Assembly: GCA_965248105.1 (NCBI GenBank)
Contig: CBDFIK010000006.1
Coordinates: 1,859,761-1,923,760, forward strand
Reading direction: 5' to 3'
DNA from: Bryobacterales bacterium
GTDB taxonomy: Bacteria; Acidobacteriota; Terriglobia; Bryobacterales; UBA6623
DNA: 64,000 bases
The position numbers were made by a program, and so were the translations under genes. The notes under the pieces were generated by a model. That model made no database searches. It was not told the origin of the DNA and was given only the letters and a program-made list of their open reading frames with translations. Shown here piece by piece: positions 9,777 through 18,947 of the stretch (positions are counted from its first letter, which is position 1; the number at the start of each line of letters is the position of its first letter).

Positions 9777-10114
9777 GACGGACGTTGAGCCGCCACCGAG
9801 TTCCGTTGAGGCGGCCATGAGACTTCATCCGCTGTTCCCCCCAAGATTGAAGGTGTGTGCATAGGAGGCGGTCAACCGGCTTCCTCGTTGGGGAAACGGT
9901 GTAGGCTGCAACTTCCGAGCCAGTCTCCGGGTTCGGCAAAAACGGCATGCAGGACCAGCGCAAAATACTGAAGCAGCTCAAAATGGGAACGACGGAGATC
10001 CTCATTCTCGCCGCCCTAACGCACGGAGACCGCTACGGATACGGGATCTCTCGCGAAGTGTTTGAGCGCAGCAACGGGTTTTTTGAGTTTAAGCAGGGTT
10101 TTCTGTATCCGACG

Positions 10115-10178
10115 TTACGGCGCATGGAGGAGTCTGGATTGGTTCAGAGCTACTGGAAGGACTCCGTCGCCGGGGGCC
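10115..10178 (+). repeat. 64-bp direct repeat, left copy, flanking IS21 copy 1
   Basis: TTACGGCGCATGG...GTCGCCGGGGGCC, identical to 12780-12843 by manual comparison. Confidence 0.95.
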
Positions 10179-10394
10179 TGTCAAGGGCGGAGCAAAATTA
10201 GACCAGTTCGGCGGAGGGAGAATAGACCAGTTTTGGGGTAGAGCGGCGGAGCAAAAATAGACCAGTGGGGGGGGAGTCGGGGTTTTGCTTCGAGTTTTTG
10301 TGGGACGGCTGGAACGCAGCCTGAGGTCGCCCGTTAGGGCGGCTGAAGGCGGAGTGGAAGGCGGCTCACAAAAACTGTGGCGAGCCGGCGGGGA

Positions 10395-11156
10395 TCAATC
10401 CGAAGACGGAGAGCGTTGCTTCTTGCTCTGCTTGAGGCGGAAGCTATCGCCGTTCATCTCCAGGATGTGGACGTGGTGAGTGAGCCGATCCAGCAGGGCG
10501 CCGGTCATGCGCTCGGACCCGAGGACTTCGGTCCACTCGTTGAACGGCAGGTTCGAGGTCACCATCGTGGAGCCCTGCTCGTAGCGCTGTGAGAAGGTTT
10601 CGAACAGCAACTCCGCTCCGGTCTTCGACAGCGGCACGTAGCCCAGTTCATCGACGATCAGCAGGTCTTGCTTGGCGAGCTGCTTTTGGGCCCTCAGCAA
10701 GCGCCGCTCATCACGGGCTTCCAGCAGCTCGTTGAGCAGCGCTGCGGCGGTAGTGAAGCGAACCCGATAGCCACCCTGGCAGGCCGCCAGTCCCAGCGCC
10801 AGAGCGAGATGCGTTTTCCCCGTGCCGGAGTTTCCTAGAGCCAACACGTTCTCGCGACGGTCGATGAACTCTCCGTGTGCCAGCTCGAGCACCAGCTTCT
10901 TGTTCAACTTGGGTAACGCCAGGAAGTCGAACGTATCAAGGGTTTTCGTGACCGGGAACTTGGCGGCCTTGATGCGCCGCTCGGTCGCTCGGCGTTCACG
11001 GTCGAGCAGTTCGAGCTCGGACAGTTGCAGCAGAAAGCGTCTCGCATCCAAGCCCTCCGTGGCGCACTGCCGTGCCACCTTGTCGTACTCGCGTAAGAAG
11101 GTCGGCAGCCGCAGTGCTTTCAGATGAGCTTCCAGCAGCAGTTTGGATCTCGCCAT
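10395..11156 (-). CDS. istB: IS21 helper AAA+ ATPase
   Basis: Walker A GNSGTGKT, Walker B LLIVDELGY, TSNLPF, ALLDRLTHH; ATG overlaps the istA stop (TGATG). Confidence 0.95.
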   Translation of the reverse strand: MARSKLLLEAHLKALRLPTFLREYDKVARQCATEGLDARRFLLQLSELELLDRERRATERRIKAAKFPVTKTLDTFDFLALPKLNKKLVLELAHGEFIDRRENVLALGNSGTGKTHLALALGLAACQGGYRVRFTTAAALLNELLEARDERRLLRAQKQLAKQDLLIVDELGYVPLSKTGAELLFETFSQRYEQGSTMVTSNLPFNEWTEVLGSERMTGALLDRLTHHVHILEMNGDSFRLKQSKKQRSPSSD

Positions 11157-12655
11157 CAGTCCACTCCCTGTGCCAGCAGCACCAAATAATCTGTTGTCGA
11201 TGTCTGTTCGACTTGTGCTGTGGGTAAGTGCGGATACTGCGTCAAGTCCAAGCGGGGCGGCCGTTGCTCGATCCGACACAGGACGAGGTGCTTGACGGCG
11301 TCGAAGCCGATCGTTCCCAACTCAACGGCCTGCCGCGCGGCGGCGGTGACGTCGGTGAGCGGGAAGTCTTCGAGTAAACGCAGCACCTGCACGTACTCGC
11401 GCTTGCCTGGTTTACCCAGCCGCACTTCGAGCAAGCGTCTCAAACGCACGAGATCTTGCGGTAACTGCCAACCGACGAGCGGCGCGGCTTGATCCAGCGC
11501 GTTCGTCTTGCGCTCCAGCAAGGCCAGGTAATGCAGCGGATCGAAGATCAACTCCTCGCGTTCGTAGCTGCGCCGATGCCGGGCGATCTCTTCGCTGCCG
11601 CAGCCGATGACCACCTCATCGACGTAAGCTCTCAGCAGTACTTCGCGGTGGCCGTAGCGCGTCGGAACCGAGTAGTCGTTGGTCCGATAGCGCACCAGCG
11701 ACAACGACGTCACCCGCGTCGTGCGCTTGTCGCAAGCGTCATACCCGACAGCAGGCAACGTCAGAAACGCCTGGCGGTCGCGCTCGAAACGCTCACCGAT
11801 CGTTTCCGAGTGTCGCCGCAAGCGCCGTCCACGGTTCTTGCGGCACTTCGCTTCGAGGTGTTCGTTGAAGGCTTCCCAACTTGAGAACCTGGGGATCGGC
11901 ACCATAAAGTTGCGCCGCGCATAGCCCACCAACCCTTCCACTTTGCCTTTGTCGTTGCCCTTGCCCGGCCGCCCGAAACGGTCGGCGAACAGATAATGTG
12001 ACTGCAGCTCGGAGAAGACACGGGTCCTCTGGCGTGTGCCGTCTCCCAGGATCCTCGCCACCGCTAGCTTCGTGTTGTCGTAGACGATGCTGCGCGGCAC
12101 GCCGCCAAAATAGCGAAACGCCGCATTGTGCCCCTCGCAGAATGCCTCCGTCGTCTCGGCCGGAAACGCTTTCACGAATGCGTCATCGCTATGCGGCAGA
12201 TCGACGACCAAGAAGTGCGCCTTGCGCTGCACTCCGTTGATGACGACGACCGCTTCGCCGAAGTCCGCCTGGGCGTCACCCGGCGGATGCGTCAGCGGCA
12301 CGAACATCTCTTGTCCGCCCAGCTTCTTCTCGCGTACGTAGTCCTTGACGGTCGTGTAGCCGCCTGTGAACCCGTACTCGTCGCGGAGGCGGTCAAAGAT
12401 GCGCTGTGCGGTGTGGCGTTGTTTCCTCGGACGCTCCCGATCGTCGGTCAGGATCTGATCGATGATCCCTGTGAAGGCCTCCAGTTTGGGACGCCTCGCC
12501 GGTTTGCTCCGCCGATAGCCCGGCGGAATCCGGTAGCGCAACATCTTGCGCACGGTCTCGCGAGCAATCCCAAAGCGCCGTGCTGCTTCGCGTTCGCTTA
12601 GCCCTTCGACGCAGACACTTCGTCGTACTTGAACGTATAGCTCCACCCGATACAT
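11156..12655 (-). CDS. istA: IS21 transposase
   Basis: N-terminal HTH, AQADFGEA, IVYDN, KGKVEGLVGY DDE motifs; start placed at ATG 12655 after GGAGG. Confidence 0.95.
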   Translation of the reverse strand: MYRVELYVQVRRSVCVEGLSEREAARRFGIARETVRKMLRYRIPPGYRRSKPARRPKLEAFTGIIDQILTDDRERPRKQRHTAQRIFDRLRDEYGFTGGYTTVKDYVREKKLGGQEMFVPLTHPPGDAQADFGEAVVVINGVQRKAHFLVVDLPHSDDAFVKAFPAETTEAFCEGHNAAFRYFGGVPRSIVYDNTKLAVARILGDGTRQRTRVFSELQSHYLFADRFGRPGKGNDKGKVEGLVGYARRNFMVPIPRFSSWEAFNEHLEAKCRKNRGRRLRRHSETIGERFERDRQAFLTLPAVGYDACDKRTTRVTSLSLVRYRTNDYSVPTRYGHREVLLRAYVDEVVIGCGSEEIARHRRSYEREELIFDPLHYLALLERKTNALDQAAPLVGWQLPQDLVRLRRLLEVRLGKPGKREYVQVLRLLEDFPLTDVTAAARQAVELGTIGFDAVKHLVLCRIEQRPPRLDLTQYPHLPTAQVEQTSTTDYLVLLAQGVD

Positions 12656-12779
12656 CCCTCCGGTGTTCCACAAAACACCTCGGGGATGCTTGCGGACCAC
12701 ATCAGCGGCTTGGTCCTCCGCCTCCTCTGGGAGCCTTCACACCGCCGCTATGTGGTCTAGTTTGTCAGCGCCGTTCTCA

Positions 12780-12843
12780 TTACGGCGCATGGAGGAGTCT
12801 GGATTGGTTCAGAGCTACTGGAAGGACTCCGTCGCCGGGGGCC
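12780..12843 (+). repeat. 64-bp direct repeat, right copy, flanking IS21 copy 1
   Basis: Identical to 10115-10178. Confidence 0.95.
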
Positions 12844-13143
12844 CGAACCGCAAGTACTACCGCCTCACCCGCCAGGGACGCTTCCGATTGAAGCGCAGAG
12901 AAGCTGCTTGGACGGAGTTCAGCAGTCAATTCAACCACATGCTGGCAGCCGCCAAGCGGTAGCCCACCCCTGAAACCAGCCTAGCGGTTCTGCTCCGACT
13001 TCGATTCATGGGCATGGAGGCCAATCGCTCTCCGGTCACCGGGCCACTGAATTGCTCAGACCAGTCTGACTGAGGCCCTTCTCAACCACCGGTTGATCGA
13101 GATCGAGCCGGGAAAAGGCGCTGGCCTACCCGCCACCGGCACC

Positions 13144-14835
13144 TTACAAGGCGGGTAAAGGGCGTTGTTCGGGGCCGTAGCGTAGTGCCAGCGAGGGAGA
13201 GAGTTCTGCCGGTGGTAATCGTACAATCCGCGGCTTCACGGTTAGTATCAGGTCCGTTCGGTCGTACCGCCGTGTCTCATCGCCAAAAAGCCGACCGATC
13301 AGGGGAATCTCGGACAACCACGCTAGCCCCGAGCGGGTGCGGCTCTGCTGGAACATGGCCATGCCTGTCACGACCGCCACTTCAGCTTCGCGGAGCCGAA
13401 TATAGGACTTGAATTGGCTATTCGAGATGATCGGGACGTCATTCACACTGCTTCCGGCCAGGGCTTTGACCTCGAGTTCGATCTCCAACGAGATCTCGCG
13501 GGCGCTGTGCACATGGGGGGTGATGTTAAAGATCAACCCCAAATCTTCGAAGGTGAAGGACGGAATAGGCTGGCGAAAAGTACCGTCCGCTATAGAATCG
13601 TCGATTTCGGGCGTGGACAGAATCGGCGAAAAGCTGGCATTGATAATCGGAAATCTCTCGCCAATGCTGAGAGTTGCGGGGAGCCCGTCGGTGGAACGCA
13701 ACTGAAAACGCGAAAGCACGCGGCCCTTGCCGGCGGTCAAGCGTGCTGCGAGATTGGCTGCTGCTATGCCGACGCCAAAGACGGTGCCGCCACCACCCAG
13801 ACCCAGCAGCGGGACTGACCCCAGCGTTGGCGGCATGTTTTGGAAGACGGTACTGAAGTTGCTAACCGGGAAGGCCGTGGGAAGACTCACACCGAAATCG
13901 ACCTGCCGGGACTCGCTAACTGTTAAGAGTTCAACGTCAACCACGACCTCCGCCCGGGGCTTCGCCAAATGCTGATAAAGCGCCTGTGCCATCCGGGTGC
14001 GAAAGACGGTGTCGCGGAGCACCACCTGTTGACGGACCGTGTCCAGCTGCAAGCGTTTGATGTCGAGAACCTGTTGGACTGCCTGGGCGAGTTGCGTCGC
14101 TTCCTCGCGACCCAGAGCGTCCGGGATGGGGATGGTGACAACCGCCATCGGTTCAAGCTCGGACCGCTTCGCTTTCGTATCGTCGGCGACCAGCAGTAAC
14201 TTGCTATGAACGGGAACGACTATGGCCTTCGCGATATCGTTGAGGGCCAGGATGGCCTCTTGAAAGTCACAGTCGTCGAGCTTAAAGCGAACTTCACTAT
14301 CCCCATCAAAATCTTGGTCGAATAGAACGTCGATTCCGAATTCGTGAAGCACCGTCTCATAGAGTGTCCGCAGGCTGCCCTTCAGCTTGAAACTTGTGCG
14401 CTTTGCTCGGTGCTCAATCTCGATGGGCGGCCTTAGCTGTCGCAGCGGGGGCTTGGTGGCTTCGGTCAACTCAGCCGAGGGCGTTCCGCCCTCAGCGCGT
14501 GCCCGAGCGAGCAGATAACTGTTGTGGGGCTCGAGCGCCAGCGCCGCGTCGAGTTGCCCGAAAGCAGCTAACGTCTGGGTCGCCCGCGGCTGGATAGCGG
14601 CCGCTGCCCGAGAGTACCTCCGCTCAGTCGGGTTGCTCGCTCGAGCGCGTTGGAAAAAAACGTAGGCCTCAACATCCCTTCCCGCTCGGGCCGCTTTGCG
14701 GCCCTTGTTGAACAGACGTTCGGCATCGTCACCCCAGGCGGCTCCCGCAAGGGCAACGAGCACCAAAAGTAATCTAACCAGGCGCAACTCCCCCACACAG
14801 TGCTGACGAAAGTAGAGGGAGAAACGTGCAGCCAA
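13144..14835 (-). CDS. Secretin-like outer-membrane protein (type II/III secretion or pilus family) with TPR-like N-terminus
   Basis: Signal-peptide-like N-terminus, helical repeats, EVVVDVELLTV, IGERFPII, FEDLGLIFNITPHVH, LSEIPLIGRLFG C-terminal secretin motifs. Confidence 0.75.
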   Translation of the reverse strand: MAARFSLYFRQHCVGELRLVRLLLVLVALAGAAWGDDAERLFNKGRKAARAGRDVEAYVFFQRARASNPTERRYSRAAAAIQPRATQTLAAFGQLDAALALEPHNSYLLARARAEGGTPSAELTEATKPPLRQLRPPIEIEHRAKRTSFKLKGSLRTLYETVLHEFGIDVLFDQDFDGDSEVRFKLDDCDFQEAILALNDIAKAIVVPVHSKLLLVADDTKAKRSELEPMAVVTIPIPDALGREEATQLAQAVQQVLDIKRLQLDTVRQQVVLRDTVFRTRMAQALYQHLAKPRAEVVVDVELLTVSESRQVDFGVSLPTAFPVSNFSTVFQNMPPTLGSVPLLGLGGGGTVFGVGIAAANLAARLTAGKGRVLSRFQLRSTDGLPATLSIGERFPIINASFSPILSTPEIDDSIADGTFRQPIPSFTFEDLGLIFNITPHVHSAREISLEIELEVKALAGSSVNDVPIISNSQFKSYIRLREAEVAVVTGMAMFQQSRTRSGLAWLSEIPLIGRLFGDETRRYDRTDLILTVKPRIVRLPPAELSPSLALRYGPEQRPLPAL

Positions 14836-14936
14836 ACCGAGGTTCGAAGACCCGCGGACGAGGCTCCGCGAAATTCGGCCATGGGCCCCACCCGATGAAT
14901 GCTACAGCTTTAGGGTTGCCCTGTTCTCGTTGTTTA

Positions 14937-16601
14937 TTAGTAGAGAGGTATGGCGACGCGCATGTTCGAGCCGTGCCCCGGGTTCGATTCGAGAGTCAGG
15001 TCTCCCCCAAGCGCTCGTACGCGCTGTTTGATGCTGCGTGGACCTATGCGAAGAAGATCGAGCTCCTCCAGGCTATAGCTCCCGCCAAAGAAGAAACCCC
15101 GGCCGTTGTCATTGACTCCAATCTGCAGGTCTGCGCCCCGCTTCTCAAATGAGAGCACTACGTGGGTCGCTTCAGCATGCTTGTAAACGTTGTGGAGCGC
15201 CTCCCTAAGAACCTGCAAGATCTCAGCACTCAGTTTGCCGGGCAAATTGAAGTCGCCGTGCTCGCCGCCCGCCACCGTCACCGAGACACCGCTTTCGCGT
15301 TGAAAGCCCTCCACCAACCGACGCGTCGAGGCCACCAGAAAAGCGTCGGTATGTTCCAACGGCCTGGCCCGGTGCACAAACGCGCGCATCTCGGCCACGA
15401 GGTTGCGGGAAAACTGTTGCAGGGATTCCAAATCGAGGGCTCCGACCTTAACATCGCGCTGGAGCAGTTTACGAATGATCTCAAGCCGCATTTCGAAACT
15501 AATGATACTTTGCAACGGACCGTCGTGAAGGTCCTGGGAGATTCTGCCCCGCTCTCGCTCGTAGGCTTCGTGTTCGGTATTTTTGACCACCAGCAAGTGA
15601 CGAACCACCTCTCGAAAGTAGGGCGCCACATCGCGCAGGCGCTTCCAGTCCGAGCGCCGAACCGGAGAAACACTGTTAATCAGCAGCAGTCGGCCGATTG
15701 CTTGCTCGCCGTCCAGCAAGCCACAGCCGAGGGCGTTGTAGATCTCGAATTTTTGGATCAAGTAGGGGTGAACATCAAAGTCGCGGGTGGCGGGCTTTCC
15801 GTCGCGACCAACCAGGGAAACGCTGTTCACATACAAGTCCAATCGCTTCGCCCGTAGGCTTGCCCATTCGCGGCCGGCTTCGAAATGCTCGGGTGGATCT
15901 TCCGTGGGCGACCGGGTCGGCGGGTATTGACAGATGGCGTCATATTCGAGCGTCTTATCCCAAAACGCGAGGATGGCTCGCGAACAGTGGCGCCACTCCG
16001 CCAATTGCTCCAGAGCGGCTTCCACCGCGCGCACCATCTCGGCCTCGCTCTCGCCCGCCGCCTCCCGCAAAATGCTTGCAATACGCCGTTCCTTACGATG
16101 AATCTGATCCGAGAAGTAGTAGACCATGGCGGCGCCAACGACCAACAAAAACGCGAACGACCCGTAGTCGAAGCGAAAAGTCGTCGTCGGTCCGCCCGTG
16201 ATCCAGGCGGTGTAGAAGAACAGGCTTAAGGTAGTGACCGCCAGAACCTCGCGCGCTCCGTGCAGCAGCACGCTCTCGGTCAGCAGGAAATAGAAGAAGA
16301 GAAGTGGGAACGCGAAGCCACCCGCGCCGGAGAGTGCGACCAGGGCAACAGCGAGAATCAGATCAACAAACTGAATAGCAAGGGCAAGATTTCGAACTTG
16401 AGCACGAGATCGGTAGGCTAGGATCAGGGCCCCATACAAGACGAACAGACCGGCGGCTCCAATTTTGAATGCGCCTGCGCCCAGGTCAATGGGAGCCTCC
16501 ACCAAAAGGTAGGCCAGCCCGAGCAGCAGACGGAGAACGGCAAGGTGAGAGAACCGGCGGCTTCGGAGAGCGATTTCTTCGCTAAAGGTAACGGTCGGCA
16601 T
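14937..16601 (-). CDS. Membrane sensor histidine kinase (HisKA_3, NarX/UhpB-like)
   Basis: About 5 N-terminal TM helices, ERGRISQDLHDGPLQ H-box, EALHNVYKHA N-box, VNDNGRGF, GHGS G-boxes; no adjacent response regulator. Confidence 0.88.
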   Translation of the reverse strand: MPTVTFSEEIALRSRRFSHLAVLRLLLGLAYLLVEAPIDLGAGAFKIGAAGLFVLYGALILAYRSRAQVRNLALAIQFVDLILAVALVALSGAGGFAFPLLFFYFLLTESVLLHGAREVLAVTTLSLFFYTAWITGGPTTTFRFDYGSFAFLLVVGAAMVYYFSDQIHRKERRIASILREAAGESEAEMVRAVEAALEQLAEWRHCSRAILAFWDKTLEYDAICQYPPTRSPTEDPPEHFEAGREWASLRAKRLDLYVNSVSLVGRDGKPATRDFDVHPYLIQKFEIYNALGCGLLDGEQAIGRLLLINSVSPVRRSDWKRLRDVAPYFREVVRHLLVVKNTEHEAYERERGRISQDLHDGPLQSIISFEMRLEIIRKLLQRDVKVGALDLESLQQFSRNLVAEMRAFVHRARPLEHTDAFLVASTRRLVEGFQRESGVSVTVAGGEHGDFNLPGKLSAEILQVLREALHNVYKHAEATHVVLSFEKRGADLQIGVNDNGRGFFFGGSYSLEELDLLRIGPRSIKQRVRALGGDLTLESNPGHGSNMRVAIPLY

Positions 16602-16842
16602 GAATCAGCGGCGCTCGACCCGCTCGAGGCCCTCCGGCTGTGTGAACCGGCCAGCCTTCAATGCAACAGCCCACGGGGCCGGCACAACGTGCTCGACTCG
16701 CAGCAGCGATCTGTTGGCGTGAATCTGAAGGGTATTTTACACCACAGAGCGCAAAGCTAGACCTTGGCGAAAGCCCTTAGTTAGGCCGCTATGTGCGTCG
16801 GAACGAGAACTTTGTTCTCGTTCGGTGGGTGTTGGGGCGGAT

Positions 16843-16900
16843 GCGGATTCATCCCTGCTGAGCGGCGTCATCTCTGGACCGCTCGCTCGCAGTGGCCGCT
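16843..16900 (-). repeat. REP-like family A copy
   Basis: 16843-16888 is the reverse complement of 33964-34009 at 45/46 nt. Confidence 0.75.
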
Positions 16901-16986
16901 TTCATCAGGAGGCTTGTCATTGCAAGCGACCGTGGAAGTCCGGAAGCGGTGACACGAGCGTGTCTTAGTCAGGCCAGGCCCCAGGG

Positions 16987-18228
16987 TTACGAAGGACCAG
17001 GAGGACCAGGAGGACCAGGAGGACCACAATCCCCAACTGCCTTGCGGGCATTCAGCCAAGCCTTTTTATACGATCCCACGGCTTCGTCGAAAAACATCCG
17101 AGCTAAGATGCCGACGGAGACACCGTCTGCCGTCAGCTGCTCGGCCATGGTGAAGTGAAACTTAGCCTGGAGAATATCGTTTGGGTCTCCCGTGGCGCCT
17201 TCGGCGTCCTGAATGGCGATCGCGGCGACGATATTGGCGGCCTGTAGAATCTTCCCAACGACGGTATCCTCCAGGTCCGCCAGGATGATGCTATCAAAGA
17301 TCCCGCCCTCATCGATGGCCGCGAAGATCGCCCCGACAGAGCCTTTCAAGGCCTGAAAGAACTTCTTCCCCACCTTGCAATCTTCGCCAAGAAGGCGGCA
17401 AGGATCGTCTGCCGGGAAGGCGTCCAGGCTGGAGTCGAGGCGAGCAATGGCCTCATCAAGACTTGCGATTGCTGCCTCCGAGTCCGCGACGCCGGAAAGG
17501 GCGGCCCCAATTGCCGCCTGGGTAGTGCCTAGGTCCGTGATGGCATCCTCGATCAGCCCTTTCGGCGTCGGCCCTGCCGAGGGATTTATGGTCACGTTTA
17601 TTGCTCCACGGGGATACGCGGCGGTAAAGCCCCCCCAGACGCAGTTGTCACTGACGAACCTGTCGCCCACGCCCAGGAAGAGGTGCGTGGCGCCGGAAGG
17701 GATTGTCACGCTGAAGCCGGTGGGCGTAAAGATCTGGAAATCTTCCGGGATGTCAGTCAGCTGTCCTGCACCAACGGGGTAAAACGTCACCGGCGTTTGC
17801 GCGTCGATCCCTGCGTCGATCGCGCCGGGAACCCGTTCTGCGAAGTCGGCGTCCTCCAGATCATTGGATTCACTGAAGACGCCCAGCAGCCCGGTTCCTT
17901 CTCCAAACGTGAACGTCTCGGTCGTACGGACCGGCAGGGCACCCAACAGGTCCGGACAACGGTAACTATAGCCGTATGGGGGATCGTCCGGGATTATCTC
18001 GAAGCTTATTTCCATCGTGGACCCGGGGACAAGTCCATTAGCCCCCAGATCAACGATCGCCGGAGGAGCCGGCACGTCCGGCTCTTCTCCGGGGCCCGAG
18101 GCTGAGTCGTTGGTGTGCAGATAGGTGCCTCTAGCATCCACGAGTACGGGAATGCTACCGGCCCCACTTGCCATGGAAACCGTTAATAGCCACAGGGTTG
18201 TAGTCGCAATTAGCGTTCGCGTCGACAT
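16987..18228 (-). CDS. Secreted hypothetical protein with C-terminal collagen-like (GPP)3 tail
   Basis: AGGAG RBS before ATG 18228; signal peptide MSTRTLIATTTLWLLTVSMASG; acidic beta-rich N-domain, helical C-domain; ends CGPPGPPGPPGPS*. Confidence 0.7.
   Translation of the reverse strand: MSTRTLIATTTLWLLTVSMASGAGSIPVLVDARGTYLHTNDSASGPGEEPDVPAPPAIVDLGANGLVPGSTMEISFEIIPDDPPYGYSYRCPDLLGALPVRTTETFTFGEGTGLLGVFSESNDLEDADFAERVPGAIDAGIDAQTPVTFYPVGAGQLTDIPEDFQIFTPTGFSVTIPSGATHLFLGVGDRFVSDNCVWGGFTAAYPRGAINVTINPSAGPTPKGLIEDAITDLGTTQAAIGAALSGVADSEAAIASLDEAIARLDSSLDAFPADDPCRLLGEDCKVGKKFFQALKGSVGAIFAAIDEGGIFDSIILADLEDTVVGKILQAANIVAAIAIQDAEGATGDPNDILQAKFHFTMAEQLTADGVSVGILARMFFDEAVGSYKKAWLNARKAVGDCGPPGPPGPPGPS
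16994..17025 (+). repeat. 9-bp tandem repeat (GGACCAGGA)3 encoding Gly-Pro-Pro on the minus strand
   Basis: Direct reading. Confidence 0.9.
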
Positions 18229-18290
18229 TTCTCTGCTCCTTGCGGGCGGGGGCCCTGCCATGAATTTATCACCCTCGGTACCAGAAAGTC

Positions 18291-18331
18291 ACTGGTAAAT
18301 TAGTTTCAAATGTGACTGGTAAATTAGTTTC
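18291..18331. repeat. 17-bp direct repeat ACTGGTAAATTAGTTTC x2 (24-bp period), possible operator
   Basis: Copies at 18291-18307 and 18315-18331 in an AT-rich region upstream of the 18228 gene. Confidence 0.7.
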
Positions 18332-18876
18332 GATATCGTGTCATTCTGTCTAGTTGCTATCTCTTAGACAGGTTACTGTTGGGGTTAATAGAAGTAATAT
18401 AAGCGAGCCCGTCTTCCTAATACTGCTTAGGTTTTCCGCACTACAGTTCGCCTGTAGGGTCAGGGTTCTGAAAAAAAGGCCTGAACGCTCGTTTGGCGTA
18501 TGCGGTTCGCCGTAGGTTGCTGATTCTTCACTCGCGAAAGGTGCGATTTATGCCCTTTCTCGGGGCCCAAAACGTTTTTTTATCAGCCTGCTAGGAGCAA
18601 GGATCGTCGGTTGCTGGTGCGTCCAGCTTGTCAAAGTAACCGTTAATACAAACTCAGATTAGAAACGTCTCGAAGGGCTTCTGTGGATTGGGTCGTGCGG
18701 TTTACTTATGCTGCCGGCGGGGACCGTCTTCGCAGGGTGCAGAAAAATGATTTTCACACCCCAGCTTCGTCGGTTAAACGCTTGTTAGTTGCTGATTCTT
18801 CCGTCAACGTCGCGCCGAAATTGGCTGTTCCGTGGCGTTCCGGCGCTCTTTTCAGCGGGCTGTTTAGGGGAGCGGA

Positions 18877-18906
18877 AACAAGAAACCCGCCCGGTTAGGG
18901 GCGGGT
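18877..18906 (-). terminator. Probable intrinsic terminator after the radical SAM gene
   Basis: Stem ACCCGCCC/GGGCGGGT with 6-nt loop, followed on the minus strand by TTCTTGTT. Confidence 0.6.
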
Positions 18907-18947
18907 CTGAGGGGGAATTGGTGGCTTAAGGTGGCCTAAAGTGAAAC

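Larger units (their letters stand above)
10179..12779 (-). mobile_element. IS21-family element, copy 1 (2601 bp)
   Basis: istA-istB pair; imperfect 26-bp terminal inverted repeats (TGTCAAGGGCGGAGCAAAATTAGACC versus TGAGAACGGCGCTGACAAACTAGACC); reiterated subterminal TAGACCAG motifs. Confidence 0.97.
9947..12962 (+). pseudogene. PadR-family transcriptional regulator interrupted by IS21
   Basis: 9947-10178 joined to 12844-12962 restores an in-frame 116-aa PadR (ILILAAL...RYGYGI...GFLYPTLRRMEESGLV...PNRKYYRLT). Confidence 0.9.

Noticed and set aside
12663-12962. 99-aa ORF fusing IS21 end sequence to the padR 3' part
   Set aside because: Chance in-frame read-out from the IS; it lacks the PadR DNA-binding N-terminus. 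The similar chimera at 40981-41484 was rejected too.
18516-18800. GTTGCTGATTCTT repeated at about 18516 and 18788
   Set aside because: Only 13 bp, with no further similarity or associated gene; function cannot be supported.
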